A stretch of DNA of 64,000 nt from an uncultured Actinomycetes bacterium. GTDB lineage: Bacteria > Actinomycetota > Thermoleophilia > Gaiellales > Gaiellaceae. The notes beneath the pieces were generated by a model. That model was not told the DNA's origin and searched no databases. It saw nothing but the letters and a program-made list of their open reading frames with translations. Positions 47,672 to 57,942 of the stretch are shown here, piece by piece. The translations under genes and the position numbers were made by a program. Position 1 is the first letter of the stretch; every line of letters begins with the position of its first letter. The stretch is taken from assembly GCA_963747715.1 (NCBI GenBank), contig CAVVGB010000005.1, positions 111,808 to 175,807 on the forward strand, in the 5' to 3' direction.

Positions 47672-48622
47672 ACGAGCGCGCCGGCCCGCGGCGAAGGGTC
47701 GCGTTCCCGCTCGGACTCTGACAACGCAAGCGCGACGACGTCGCTGAGCGTCAGCGTCGTCACCGAGGCATGCCGGGAGACGCCGGGCTCCGCGTTCGGC
47801 GACAACCCGAGGTCGACGAGGAAGAGAGGTCTGGCCCGCCCGCGCACGTCCGCTTCGCTGACGAGCGGCTCCGGAGCCGACGTGGCGAGCACGAGCAGGT
47901 CGGTGTCGGCCAAGAGCCCGGGCAGGCGCCCGAGCACGTCCGTCTCCGCGCCGACGGAGGTCGCAAGCTCGCGCGAGCGCTCGACGGCTCCTGTTGACGA
48001 TCGTGAGCCGCCCGATGCCGAGCGCGCGCAGCCGCGCCGCCATCTGCGAGGCCGTCTCCCCCGCGCCGACGACGACGGCCGAGCGGTGCTCGAGGCTCTC
48101 CACGTTCGTCGACACCCAGTCGGCGGCGAGGTCGGTGAGGGAACGGCGAATCTTCGAGATGCCGAGCGCGCGCCGGATACGACGGCCGTGACGAAGCGCG
48201 TGACCGAAGAGCTCGGAGAGAGCGTCGCCGGAGGTTCCTGCCTCGACGGCGCGACCATGCGCACGGCGCACCTGACCGAGGACCTCGTGCTCGCCGAGAA
48301 GCGCGGACTCGAGGCCGGCCGAGACGGCGATCAGGTGACCGACTGCCTGCTCGTCGCGGCGAAGCACGGTCTCGACGTGGCCGTTGCCGTCGAGCAGATC
48401 GTGCAGCTCGTCGGCGAGCGCGGACGCTGTCTCCTCCGGCGCGTCGGTTGCCGCGTAGAGCTCGAGGCGGTTGCAGGTGGAGAGAAGCACGACCTCCGGA
48501 ACGCCGCGCTCGGCGATGCGTTGCAGGAGCGCGGGCACGGCCTCGTCCTCGAGGCGTGCACGGGCCAGCGTCTCCAGCGAGCTCGCGCGGAAGTCGGTGC
48601 CGACCTCTACGAAGTGCCGCAC
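47623..48622 (-). pseudogene. hemA: glutamyl-tRNA reductase (short form), one frameshift
   Basis: GTG at 48622. STCNRLELY and VVVGAGETA are in ORF 47540..48880. The C-terminal part (..VERSRELA..LVLATSAPEP..) is in ORF 47623..48264. The junction lies near 47985-48000, and the length is 3n+1. Confidence 0.8.
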
Positions 48623-48665
48623 GTGACCAATTGTCGCAGGGACGTAGAGGGCCGCGCTTCGTATC

Positions 48666-49280
48666 TCAGCGTGCAAGCTTGCGCGGCGGCAGCGTCGCGT
48701 CGAAAGAGGCGCGCTCTGCGTACAGAAGAGCAGGGTCGGCGTGAACGTCGAAACCAAGCGAGAGGAGGACGTCCGCTGTGGCGGGCTCCGTCGCGACGGC
48801 GTCTTCCCAGAGAGCTTCGCCGCGCTGGATCCGAAAGCTGCGCAGGCCGGCGGCCTCGAAGATCCCGAGCTCGTGGCCACCGAGCGCCTGTGGGTGGCCG
48901 GGGCCGGCCGTGACGTAGCGGATGGCGAAGCCCAGACCGGGTGCGTCGGCTTGCCCGCGACGAAAGCGCAGACGCGCGGGACGGAAGGGCGCGCCGAAAA
49001 GCGCTCCGCCGAGCCCGAACGGGGTGACGCGCGCGGCTACGAAGAACACCGCGGGCTCGTCCTCGAAGCGCGTGTACAGGCGCACGTTCAGCTGTGAGAA
49101 GGACGGGACCGGCAGCCGGCCGAGACGACCGTTCTCCACGCGGTAGGTGACCACCGAGACGAGGTGCTTGCCGTCGACCTCCACGGGCTCGAAGCCGGGC
49201 GGGAGCTGGCGGGCCGCGACCTGGGGGTCCGTTTCCCAGCTCGCGATGAGGAGATCGCGGACGGCGAGGGAGAGCAGCAC
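48666..49280 (-). CDS. DUF2071 (YqjF-like) family protein
   Basis: GTG at 49280. Carries ..LLIASWETDP..LP.G.EP...DG.. in the family pattern. Confidence 0.7.
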   Translation of the reverse strand: MLLSLAVRDLLIASWETDPQVAARQLPPGFEPVEVDGKHLVSVVTYRVENGRLGRLPVPSFSQLNVRLYTRFEDEPAVFFVAARVTPFGLGGALFGAPFRPARLRFRRGQADAPGLGFAIRYVTAGPGHPQALGGHELGIFEAAGLRSFRIQRGEALWEDAVATEPATADVLLSLGFDVHADPALLYAERASFDATLPPRKLAR

Positions 49281-49316
49281 GGCAGGAAGCCTAGGCCGGG
49301 CGCGGAAAAGCCCGCC

Positions 49317-50165
49317 GTGGACACCGTTGCCGCGATCGAGCGGTTTCTCGCGAGCGCCGCGCTCTCCGAGGGCACGCGCAGGGCGTACCGGCGCGACTTG
49401 GAGGAGCTCGCGCGGTGGCTCGACGAGCGGAGGTTGGGGCTCGACGACTTCGATGCGCGCGCATTCTCCGAGTACGCCGCCGACCTGGCCGCCGACCGCC
49501 CCGGACGCAAGCCGCGCAAGCTCTCGCAGACGACGATCGCGCGGAAGCTCGCCGCCGTGCGCTCGCTGCTTCGCGTCTCGCTCGGTGCGAGCCGTGTCCC
49601 GGATCTGCCGTTGCCGGGGCAGCGGCGCCGGCGTCTCCCGTACGCGCCACGCGCGAACGAGACCGACGAGCTGATCGAGGGCGTCGACGGCGACGGCGCG
49701 CTCGGCCTTCGCAACCGTGCGTTGTTCGAGCTCGTCTACTCGGCGGGACTGCGTGCGCAGGAGGTCGTCGACCTGTCGCTTGCAGACGTCGACTTCGAGC
49801 AGGAGCTCGTGCACGTGCACGGCAAGGGCGGCAAGGAGCGCCTCGTTCCGCTCGGCGAAGAGGCGTCGTACCGCCTTCGGCTGTACCTGGAGGGCGGTCG
49901 CTCGGCGCTCGCCCGCGACGCGGAGGACACGCTCTTCCTATCGGCGCGCGGCCGGCCGCTCGACACGTCCACGCTGCGCCGCCTGCTTCCGAATCCGCAC
50001 CGGCTCCGCCACGCCTTCGCGACGCACCTGCTGGAGGGCGGTGCCGACCTCCGCGCCATCCAGGAGCTCCTCGGCCACTCCTCCCTTTCCACGACGCAGA
50101 TCTACAGCCACGTCGACGCCAAGCGCCTCCGCAAGGTCTACGACCGCTCCCACCCCCGTGCCTGA
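49317..50165 (+). CDS. tyrosine recombinase, XerC/XerD family (copy 1)
   Basis: GTG at 49317. Carries AGLRAQEVV, HRLRHAFATHLL and GHSSLSTTQIYSH. Confidence 0.85.
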   Translation: MDTVAAIERFLASAALSEGTRRAYRRDLEELARWLDERRLGLDDFDARAFSEYAADLAADRPGRKPRKLSQTTIARKLAAVRSLLRVSLGASRVPDLPLPGQRRRRLPYAPRANETDELIEGVDGDGALGLRNRALFELVYSAGLRAQEVVDLSLADVDFEQELVHVHGKGGKERLVPLGEEASYRLRLYLEGGRSALARDAEDTLFLSARGRPLDTSTLRRLLPNPHRLRHAFATHLLEGGADLRAIQELLGHSSLSTTQIYSHVDAKRLRKVYDRSHPRA

Positions 50166-51150
50166 AGCCGTTGAGAGCTTCCTCGCGGTGCTGGCGGCGC
50201 GGCGGGCGCCCCGGACGGTGGAGGCCTACCGCCGCGACCTCGCCGACCTGACCGCCTTCCTCGACGGCTCACCGGCGACGGCCGACGCCGACGACATTCG
50301 CGGCTGGCTCGCGGATCTCCGCGCCCGCGGCCTCGCGCCCGCTTCGATTGCACGCCGGGGAGCGGCGGCGCGCTCGTTCTACCGCCATCTCGTTCTGATC
50401 GGCGAGCGCGAGGACAACCCCGCCGCCGAGGTCGACCTGCCGCGCCGCCGTGAGAAGCTGCCGCGCTCGCTCTCGCCGAGAGACGTGGAGCGACTGATCG
50501 AAGCCGCGCAGGGCGTCACCCCGCGCTCGCTCCGTGACCGCGCGCTCGTCGAGCTCCTGTACGGCGCCGGCCTACGGGTCGGCGAAGCCGTGGGGCTCGA
50601 CCGCGGCCGCGTCGACCTCGACAACCGCGTCGTCCGCTGCCTCGGCAAGGGAGACAAGGAGCGCATCGTCCCGCTGGGCCGCCAGGCTGCCGACGCGCTC
50701 CGCCGCTATCTCGCGCGAGGGCGGCCGCACCTCGACCGCCGGCGCCGACCCGAGCTCTTCCTGAACGCCCAGGGCGGGGCGCTCACCCGCGCCGGGGCCT
50801 TCCTCATCCTCCGCCGTCTCGCCGGCAAGGCCGGGCTCGAGCCGGCCCGGGTCCACCCCCACCTCCTGCGCCACTCGTTCGCGACGCATCTGCTCGAAGG
50901 AGGAGCGGATCTCCGCAGCGTCCAGGAGATGCTCGGCCACGCCGACCTCGGGACGACCGAGCTCTACACGCACGTCTCGGACCAGCGCAAGCGCGACACC
51001 TACTTCCGCGCGCACCCGCACGCGCGCCGGAAGCGCAGCGGTAGCGCGCCGCGCTCTTCTTCTTCTTCGTCAGAGCGCCGTGCACGGACGCGGCCGCCGC
51101 GGCGAGATCCTTCTCGTCGGACGTCTCCGCCAGGTGCGCGAGGAGCGTGA
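50158..51150 (+). CDS. tyrosine recombinase, XerC/XerD family (copy 2); 3' end doubtful
   Basis: Its GTG at 50158 overlaps the copy 1 stop by 8 nt. Carries GLRVGEAV, HLLRHSFATHLL and GHADLGTTELYTH. After ..FRAHPHA the ORF runs about 50 aa further with poor GC3, so the true stop is probably earlier. Confidence 0.8.
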   Translation: MPEAVESFLAVLAARRAPRTVEAYRRDLADLTAFLDGSPATADADDIRGWLADLRARGLAPASIARRGAAARSFYRHLVLIGEREDNPAAEVDLPRRREKLPRSLSPRDVERLIEAAQGVTPRSLRDRALVELLYGAGLRVGEAVGLDRGRVDLDNRVVRCLGKGDKERIVPLGRQAADALRRYLARGRPHLDRRRRPELFLNAQGGALTRAGAFLILRRLAGKAGLEPARVHPHLLRHSFATHLLEGGADLRSVQEMLGHADLGTTELYTHVSDQRKRDTYFRAHPHARRKRSGSAPRSSSSSSERRARTRPPRRDPSRRTSPPGARGA

Positions 51151-51533
51151 TCGTGTCCGCCGCGGGAGAGCCGTTCTTGAGAGACAGGATCGCCAGGCGC
51201 CGCACGGCCAGGTTCGGATCCTCGCTCGCGAGGCTGTGCAGCGTCGGGCGCCGCGCATTCACGAGGCCGGGATGGTCACGCGAGAGGAGCTCGAGAGACA
51301 GGAGCGCCGAGCCGCGACATGCCGGGCTCTGCGTCCTCGAGGCCCCGTCGCAAGAGCTCGGTCTTCTGGTTGAAGCGAAGCTGCCCGACGGCTCGGTAGG
51401 CGACCGCGCGCTCGCGATAGTCGGAGCTCCGCGCCGCCGCTTCGAGATCCTCCGCTACCTCGCGCCGAAGATCCGCAAGCTCCCGCTCGTCGGAAAGCTC
51501 GGAGGCGCGGGCCGCTGCCTCCGCAAGATTCAA
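50804..51533 (-). pseudogene. HEAT-repeat protein, one frameshift; 3' end uncertain
   Basis: Its TTG at 51533 overlaps the citrate synthase stop (TTGA). The N-terminal part is in ORF 51276..53579, and the continuation (..LLSLELLSRDHPGLVNARRPTLHSLASEDPNLAVRRLAILSL..) is in the frame of 50804..51262. The junction lies near 51290-51312. Confidence 0.45.
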
Positions 51534-52603
51534 ACTGACGTGACCGACCGGGTGGCGGGACCGGTGTAGCGCGCCGACGGACGGATGAGCCGGCCCGCGC
51601 TCTTCTGCTCGAGGATGTGCGCCGACCAGCCGGCGACGCGCGCGCACGCGAACATCGCCGGGAAGAGCGGCGGCGGGATCTCCGCGATGTCGAGGACGAC
51701 CGCCGACCAGAACTCGACGTTCGTCGCGAGCACACGCTCGGGGTGACGCTTCGCGAGCTCGTCGAGCGCCGCTTGCTCGAGCGCCTCGGCCACCTCCACG
51801 CGCGGAGACTCGAGCTCGCGCGCCGTGCGTCTCAGCACGCGTGCGCGGGGGTCTTCGGCGCGGTAGACCCGGTGGCCGAAGCCCATCAACCGTTCGCCGC
51901 GGTCGAGCAGGTCGACCACGTACTTCTTCGCATCGCCGGCCTGCGCAACCTCGTCCAGCATCTTCAAAACGCGGGTTGGAGCCCCACCGTGCAGCGGCCC
52001 GGAGAGCGCGCCCACCGCGGACGACATCGCGGCGCCGCAATCGGCGCCGGTCGAGGCGACGATGCGCCCGGTGAACGTGGACGCGTTGGCGCCGTGCTCG
52101 GCCGCCGACACCCAGTAGCTGTCGATCGCGCGCACGTGACGCTCGTCGGCATCTCCGCGCCAGCGCAACAGGAAGCGCTCGGCCGCGGTCTCTCCTTCGG
52201 CGACGACGTCGTCTGGAATGCGTTCCTTCTCGCCGCGCGCCGACTGGGCTACGAGCGACAGCATGGCCGCCGAGAGACGCGCGAGATCGTCCCGCGCCTG
52301 CTCGTCGTCGATGTCGATCAGCTGGCCGAGCTTCCACTTGCCCCCGAGGACCGTCGTAGCGGCCTGCAGGTCGGCCATGGCGCTTCCGGTTCGCGCGGGA
52401 AGCTCGACGTCTTCGGCGCGGGGCATGCCTGGCTCGAACGAATCGTCGACCAGCAGGCCCCACACCTGCTCGTACGGAACCGAGCCGACGAGGTCCTCGA
52501 TGTCGACGCCGCGATAGCGAAGGGCTCCCCCTTCCTTGTCGGGCTCGGCGATCTCGGTCTCGAACGCAACGATGCCTTCGAGCCCTGGCCGGAACTCGTT
52601 CAT
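51530..52603 (-). CDS. citrate synthase (about 357-aa type)
   Basis: ATG at 52603 gives MNEFRPGLEGIVA. Carries ..GPLHGGA.. and ..GFGHRVY...DPR.. Confidence 0.9.
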   Translation of the reverse strand: MNEFRPGLEGIVAFETEIAEPDKEGGALRYRGVDIEDLVGSVPYEQVWGLLVDDSFEPGMPRAEDVELPARTGSAMADLQAATTVLGGKWKLGQLIDIDDEQARDDLARLSAAMLSLVAQSARGEKERIPDDVVAEGETAAERFLLRWRGDADERHVRAIDSYWVSAAEHGANASTFTGRIVASTGADCGAAMSSAVGALSGPLHGGAPTRVLKMLDEVAQAGDAKKYVVDLLDRGERLMGFGHRVYRAEDPRARVLRRTARELESPRVEVAEALEQAALDELAKRHPERVLATNVEFWSAVVLDIAEIPPPLFPAMFACARVAGWSAHILEQKSAGRLIRPSARYTGPATRSVTSV

Positions 52604-52658
52604 CGGAGGACAATCTACCCGCAAGCACTCGGCTCCAAGCGGGTAGAGTCGAGGAAAG

Positions 52659-53747
52659 ATGGCCCAGCGCGTCACCTTCATCCCCGGCGACGGGACGGGC
52701 CCGGAAATCGCAGAGGCGACGCGGCGCGTTCTCGAGGCGAGCGGCGCGGAGCTCGAGTGGGAAGTGCAGCACGCCGGCGCCGACGTCATGGACGAGTACG
52801 GCGGCAACCCCCTGCCCGACCACGTGCTCGACTCGATCAAGCGCAACGGCGTGGCCCTCAAGGGGCCGATAACGACGCCTGTCGGCACCGGTTTCCGCTC
52901 CGTCAACGTCGCGCTTCGAAAGACGCTCGACCTCTTCGGGCAGGTGCGACCGTGTAAGAGCTACGCCGGTGTCCGCTCGCGCTACGAGAGCGTCGATCTC
53001 GTCGTCGTCCGCGAGAACACTGAGGACCTGTACGCGGGCATCGAGTTCGAGGAGGGAACCGACGGCGCGAGCGAGCTGATCGAGTGGCTCGGCGAGCACG
53101 AGGGGCGCGTGCGCCCAGACTCGGGAATCTCCATCAAGCCGATCTCGGTCGCCGGCACCCGCCGCATCGTCGAGTTCGCCTTCGACTACGCTCGCCGCAA
53201 CGGCCGCCGCAAGGTCACGGCCGTGCACAAGGCCAACATCATGAAGTTCACGGACGGGCTCTTCCTTCGTGTCGCCCGCGAGGTTGCCGAGGCCAACACC
53301 GACGTCGAGTTCGAGGACCGCATCGTCGACAACCTGTCGATGCAACTCGTGCAGCGTCCCGAGGAGTACGACGTGCTCGTGTGCCCGAACCTCTACGGCG
53401 ACATCGTCTCCGACCTGGCCGCCGGGCTCATCGGCGGGCTCGGTCTCGCGCCGGGCGGTAACTTCGGCACAGAAGCCGCCGTCTTCGAGCCCACCCACGG
53501 TTCCGCTCCGAAGTACGCGGGGCAGAACAAGGTCAATCCGATGGCGATGATGCTCTCCGGCGTGATGATGCTCCGCCACCTGGACGAGTGGGACGCGGCC
53601 GAGCGCCTCGAAGGAGCGATCGCCTCCGTCATCGCAGAGGGACGGTCGGTCACCTACGACATGAAGCCGACCCGCGACGATCCGACCGCCGTCGGGACGA
53701 GCGAGGTCGCCGATGCGATCATCGAGCGAATGGGAGTGCGAGTGTGA
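52659..53747 (+). CDS. icd: isocitrate dehydrogenase (isocitrate/isopropylmalate dehydrogenase family)
   Basis: Intact 362 aa with [10 protein letters not shown], ..NLYGDIVSD.. and the context of citrate synthase and mdh. Confidence 0.85.
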   Translation: MAQRVTFIPGDGTGPEIAEATRRVLEASGAELEWEVQHAGADVMDEYGGNPLPDHVLDSIKRNGVALKGPITTPVGTGFRSVNVALRKTLDLFGQVRPCKSYAGVRSRYESVDLVVVRENTEDLYAGIEFEEGTDGASELIEWLGEHEGRVRPDSGISIKPISVAGTRRIVEFAFDYARRNGRRKVTAVHKANIMKFTDGLFLRVAREVAEANTDVEFEDRIVDNLSMQLVQRPEEYDVLVCPNLYGDIVSDLAAGLIGGLGLAPGGNFGTEAAVFEPTHGSAPKYAGQNKVNPMAMMLSGVMMLRHLDEWDAAERLEGAIASVIAEGRSVTYDMKPTRDDPTAVGTSEVADAIIERMGVRV

Positions 53748-54676
53748 GACAAAAGGTCACAGTCATCGGAGCGGGCAACGTCGGAGCGACAGCGGCGCAG
53801 GAGATTGCGCGGCGCGACTACGCCGACGTCGTCATCGTCGACATCAAGGAAGGACTGCCGCAGGGGAAGGCCCTCGACCTCAACGAGGCCGGGCCAGTCC
53901 TCGGCTACGAGCCCGCCATCGTGGGCACGAACAGCTATGAGGAGACGGAAGGCTCCGACATCATCGTCCTCACCGCCGGCGTGCCGCGCACCGGCGACAT
54001 GAGCCGTGACGACCTCGTCACGACGAACGAAGGCATCGTCGCCTCCGTCACGCGCGAGGCCGTCCAGCGGTCTTCGGACGCCGTCTTGATCGTTGTGTCG
54101 AACCCGCTCGACGCGATGTGCCACGTCGCGAAGGACTTCTGCGGCTGGACTCGCGAGCGCGTCTTCGGCATGGCGGGCATCCTCGACACGGCGCGCTTCC
54201 GCACCTTCATCGCGTGGGAGACGGGCGCCTCACCGAAGGACGTGCAGACGATCGTCCTCGGCGGCCACGGCGACCAGATGGTCCCGATCGTCTCCGCGAC
54301 GACGGTCGGCGGCGTGCCGCTTCGCAAACTCGTCTCGGACGAGCGCATCGAGGCGATGGTCGAGCGCACGCGCAAGGGCGGCGGCGAGATCGTCAAGCTG
54401 CTCGGCACCTCCGCGTGGTATGCGCCGGGCGCAGCCGTCGCGCAGATGGTGGACAGCGTCGCCCTCGACCAGAAGCGCGTGCTGCCCTGCACCGCGTACC
54501 TCGAGGGCGAGTACGGCATCGAAGGCCTGTACATCGGGGTTCCGGTCAAGCTCGGGGCAGGAGGAATCGAGGAGATCGTCGAGCTCGAGCTCGGTGACAA
54601 CGAGCGCGCGGAGCTCGCACGCTCGGCCGACGCGGTGCGCGAGGTCGTCGGCGTCCTCGCGGGAACGCCTCGCTGA
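53744..54676 (+). CDS. mdh: malate dehydrogenase (LDH-like)
   Basis: Its GTG overlaps the icd stop (GTGA). Carries VIGAGNVG and ..VSNPLD.. Confidence 0.95.
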   Translation: MRQKVTVIGAGNVGATAAQEIARRDYADVVIVDIKEGLPQGKALDLNEAGPVLGYEPAIVGTNSYEETEGSDIIVLTAGVPRTGDMSRDDLVTTNEGIVASVTREAVQRSSDAVLIVVSNPLDAMCHVAKDFCGWTRERVFGMAGILDTARFRTFIAWETGASPKDVQTIVLGGHGDQMVPIVSATTVGGVPLRKLVSDERIEAMVERTRKGGGEIVKLLGTSAWYAPGAAVAQMVDSVALDQKRVLPCTAYLEGEYGIEGLYIGVPVKLGAGGIEEIVELELGDNERAELARSADAVREVVGVLAGTPR

Positions 54677-54702
54677 GACCGAAGCAGGTCCTCGTCGCGC
54701 TG

Positions 54703-55659
54703 GTGGCGCTCGGCGCGATCGTCGGGCTCCTCTGGATCATCCCGTCCGACCATTACCTCTACCTGCCGGACCCCGCGCTCGAAGTCGATCCGCTCGTGCG
54801 CGTTCCCGACGAAGACTCCGGCTCGGCGGAGGGCGGCATCTACATGGTCGACATCCTCGTCCGCCGCGCGAGCCTGTTCGAGCGCCTCTTCCCGCAAGTG
54901 CACGACGGCGCCGAGCTCATCCCCGAGGAGGAGTTCAACCCGGCGGGGCTGAGCGAGACCCAGCGCCGGCAGGAGAGCCTGAGCGAGATGAGCGCCTCGC
55001 AGCAGATCGCGATCGCAGTGGCGCTCCGACGGCTCGGCCACGACGTCGAGTCGCTGGGGGCCGAGGTCGCCACGGTGCTCGCAGGCGCACCCGCGGACGG
55101 AAAGCTCGAGGTCGGCGACGTGATCGTCGGCGCCAAGGGCGAGGAGGTGAGCTCGCCGGAAGACCTCTTCGAGGTCATGAGCACCCACACCCCGGGGACG
55201 CCCGTTCGGTTCGACGTTCGCCGAGACGGACGGGAGCGAGAGATCGTGGTCGACACGCGCGCCTCCTCGGACGGAGAGCGCCGTGCCGTCGTCGGGGTCA
55301 TGGTGCAGCCCGAGCTTCGCTTCCCGGTCGACGTCGAGATCGACGCGGGCAACATCGGCGGGCCCTCGGCCGGCCTCGCGTTCGCCCTCGACATCTACGA
55401 CGAGCTTGGTGAGGACATCGACCGCGGGCGACGCATCGTCGTCACCGGGACCCTCGACCTCGACGGCCGCGTCGGCCCGATCGGAGGCATCGAGCAGAAG
55501 ACGCTCGGCGCTCGGGCCGTGGACGCGGACGTCTTTCTCGTTCCCGACCTGAATGCGGAGGCGGCTCGGCGCCGCGCCGACGACGACGTGCAGGTGATCC
55601 CTGTGTCGACGTTCCAGGAGGCGTTGTCGGCGCTGACAACCGAGCAGTTGTCGTCTTAG
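54703..55659 (+). CDS. PDZ domain-containing Lon-like (S16) protease, YlbL/SdrC-type
   Basis: PDZ region (..GDVIVGAKGEEV..). Lon C-terminal domain with GPSAGLAFAL and ..TGTLDLDGRVGPIGG..K. The true start may lie a few codons upstream. Confidence 0.85.
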   Translation: MALGAIVGLLWIIPSDHYLYLPDPALEVDPLVRVPDEDSGSAEGGIYMVDILVRRASLFERLFPQVHDGAELIPEEEFNPAGLSETQRRQESLSEMSASQQIAIAVALRRLGHDVESLGAEVATVLAGAPADGKLEVGDVIVGAKGEEVSSPEDLFEVMSTHTPGTPVRFDVRRDGREREIVVDTRASSDGERRAVVGVMVQPELRFPVDVEIDAGNIGGPSAGLAFALDIYDELGEDIDRGRRIVVTGTLDLDGRVGPIGGIEQKTLGARAVDADVFLVPDLNAEAARRRADDDVQVIPVSTFQEALSALTTEQLSS

Positions 55660-55717
55660 CCAACAATCTGCGCAATTCTCCCGGAAATTGCGAAAAGTTT
55701 GGCGCACCGCCCCTTCA

Positions 55718-55936
55718 ATGGAGCCTTACACATTCCTAATATGCCCGCCCACGGGACGGATGCGGAAGAGAGCGGAGATCACCTGCGAGGACTGCTACTT
55801 CCGCCGCGCGTACCTCTGTGCGCTTCCGGGCAACACCCCCTGCCCGACCTTCCGTTCCGTCAAGGGCGCGCTGGCCCCGCCGCGGCAAGCGTCGCTTGTC
55901 CCCCGGTCACAGCTGCGGGCGCACGCCGCGGCGTAG
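55718..55936 (+). CDS. small Cys-rich hypothetical protein
   Basis: ATG at 55718. Contains 6 Cys (..CPPTG..CEDCYF..LCAL..PCP..). Confidence 0.4.
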   Translation: MEPYTFLICPPTGRMRKRAEITCEDCYFRRAYLCALPGNTPCPTFRSVKGALAPPRQASLVPRSQLRAHAAA

Positions 55937-55952
55937 CGCCCAGCCCAGGGCG

Positions 55953-57050
55953 CTAGGCAGCGACCGCAGCCGAGTCGACGAGTTTTCCGAGACGGGCTAT
56001 GCCCGTCTCGATCTCGTCCACGGTCGCGAAGGAGAACGCGAGGCGAGCGGACTGCTCCCCGCCCGTGCTCCAGTAGAAGTCGGCGCCCTTGATGAACGTG
56101 ACGCCCTGGTCGACGGACTCACCGAGCAAGCGCTCGGCGTCGACGCCGGCGGGCAGGTCGAGCCAGAGGAAGTAGCCGCCGTCAGGTCGGTTCCACGACG
56201 CTCCCTCGGGAAGCGCCTGTTCGAGTGCGCCGAGCATCGCGTCGCGCCGCGCGCGCAGACCCGCTCGAGCGCGCTCGAGGTTCGGTTCGAGCTGTCCCCC
56301 GCTCAGGAACTCGAAGAGCGCGGCCTGCACGAAGATCGACGGCGACACGTAGTTCTCGATGACGAACGCTTCGATGGCGGGAACGAGGTCCTCCGGCAGG
56401 ACGAGGTACCCGACCCGGATCCCAGGCGCGACGGTCTTCGAGAAGGAGGAGAGGTGGATGATCCCCTCGCCGCCCGCGAGCTCGAGCAGCGTCGGCTCGT
56501 CGTCGCCCTCGAAACGGAGCAGGCGGTACGGATCGTCCTCGAGAACGAGCGCGTCGTGCTCGCGCGCGACGTCGAGCAGCGCCTGGCGCGCGGGGACCGA
56601 GAGCGTGCGCCCGCTCGGGTTCTGAAAGGTCGGGATCGTGTAGACGATGCTGCGGCCGCGGGCACTCTTCAGCGCGCCGGCGAGCGCATCGAGGTCGTGA
56701 CCGTCGTCCGTGAGCGTGACCTGCTCGGCGTCGGCGCCGAGACGCCGAAGGATCGAGAGCGATCGGTCGTAGCAGGGCGCCTCGACGACGAAGCGCCTGC
56801 CCTCGCCGACGAAGTGGCGCGCGAGGAAGTTGAACCCCTGCAGGGAGCCGTTCGTGACGATGAGGCGCGAAGGTGCGACGCCGTGGCGCTCGGCGATCCA
56901 TTCGCGCAGCGGCGGGTAGCCACCGGGAGGGCCGTAGTTGAGCGCGGTGGCACCGTCGCGCTCGAGTGCAGCGCGCGCGCACTCGCCGAACTCGGCGATC
57001 GGCAGGAGGTCGGGCCCGGGGATTCCGCGGGCGAAGGCGATGACGGCCAT
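55953..57050 (-). CDS. PLP-dependent aminotransferase (class I/II fold)
   Basis: 365 aa with SSFSKTVAPGIRVGY and NPSGRT. Confidence 0.9.
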   Translation of the reverse strand: MAVIAFARGIPGPDLLPIAEFGECARAALERDGATALNYGPPGGYPPLREWIAERHGVAPSRLIVTNGSLQGFNFLARHFVGEGRRFVVEAPCYDRSLSILRRLGADAEQVTLTDDGHDLDALAGALKSARGRSIVYTIPTFQNPSGRTLSVPARQALLDVAREHDALVLEDDPYRLLRFEGDDEPTLLELAGGEGIIHLSSFSKTVAPGIRVGYLVLPEDLVPAIEAFVIENYVSPSIFVQAALFEFLSGGQLEPNLERARAGLRARRDAMLGALEQALPEGASWNRPDGGYFLWLDLPAGVDAERLLGESVDQGVTFIKGADFYWSTGGEQSARLAFSFATVDEIETGIARLGKLVDSAAVAA

Positions 57051-57060
57051 GCAGGAGAGT

Positions 57061-57942
57061 CTAGGCGGGCCTGGTGACGACGACTTCGGCCGCCAGGCGC
57101 GCGACCTCGGTCGGGTTCGTCCCGACGCGGACGCCGTGAGCCTCGAGGGCCGCCTTCTTGGCGCGCGCCGTCCCGGCCGAGCCGGAGATGATCGCGCCCG
57201 CGTGGCCCATCGTCTTGCCGGGCGGGGCTGTGAAGCCGGCGATGTAGGCGACGACCGGCTTCGTCATGTGCGTCGCGATGAACTCGGCGGCCTTCTCCTC
57301 CTCCGCACCGCCGATCTCGCCCACCATGACGACGAGCTCCGTCTCGGGATCGCTCTCGAACTTTTCGAGCACGTCCACAAACGACGACCCGACAACGGGG
57401 TCCCCCCCAATGCCGACGATAGTGGACTGGCCGATACCGAGTTGCGTCAGCTCGTGCCCGATCTGGTACGTGAGCGTGCCGGATCTACTGACGAGCCCGA
57501 CCGTGCCCTCACGGAAGATCTCGGCGGGAATGATCCCGACGTTCGCCTTCCCCGGCGAGAGCACGCCGGGGCAGTTCGGGCCGATCATCGTCACGCCGCG
57601 CGGGCGGATGTAGTTGTAGACGCGCAGCATGTCGTGCGCGGGAATGCCCTCCGTGATGGCGATGACCGACTTGATCCCGGCATCGACGGCCTCGTAGATC
57701 GCATCGGCGGCAAAGCGGGCCGGCACGAACACCATCGCCACGTTCGGGCTCGACTCAGCGACGGCGTCGCGGACCGAGTCGAACACCGGAATGCCCGCCA
57801 CGTCCAGCCCGCCCTTTCCCGGCGTGACGCCGGCGACGACGTTCGTCCCGTACTCCTTGTTCCGCGTCGCGTGGAACGAGCCCTCATGTCCAGTGATCCC
57901 CTGGACGACGAGGCGCGTGTCCGAGTCGACGATGACGGCCAT
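57061..57942 (-). CDS. sucD: succinate--CoA ligase subunit alpha
   Basis: ATG at 57942. Carries [14 protein letters not shown] and GHAGAI. Confidence 0.95.
   Translation of the reverse strand: MAVIVDSDTRLVVQGITGHEGSFHATRNKEYGTNVVAGVTPGKGGLDVAGIPVFDSVRDAVAESSPNVAMVFVPARFAADAIYEAVDAGIKSVIAITEGIPAHDMLRVYNYIRPRGVTMIGPNCPGVLSPGKANVGIIPAEIFREGTVGLVSRSGTLTYQIGHELTQLGIGQSTIVGIGGDPVVGSSFVDVLEKFESDPETELVVMVGEIGGAEEEKAAEFIATHMTKPVVAYIAGFTAPPGKTMGHAGAIISGSAGTARAKKAALEAHGVRVGTNPTEVARLAAEVVVTRPA

Noticed and set aside
51276-53579. 767-aa ORF. Similar long ORFs occur at 53935..55707, 38319..39947, 21021..22577, 44055..45614, 2539..3690, 15520..16572 and 8442..9326.
   Set aside because: All are antisense or off-frame to genes with clear conserved motifs (icd, citrate synthase, mdh, asd, the aminotransferase, sdhA/pckA, the propeller lipoprotein, the dioxygenase, ALDH). 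Their composition is low-complexity and Arg-rich. Only the last roughly 85 codons of 51276..53579 were used, as the HEAT protein N-terminus.
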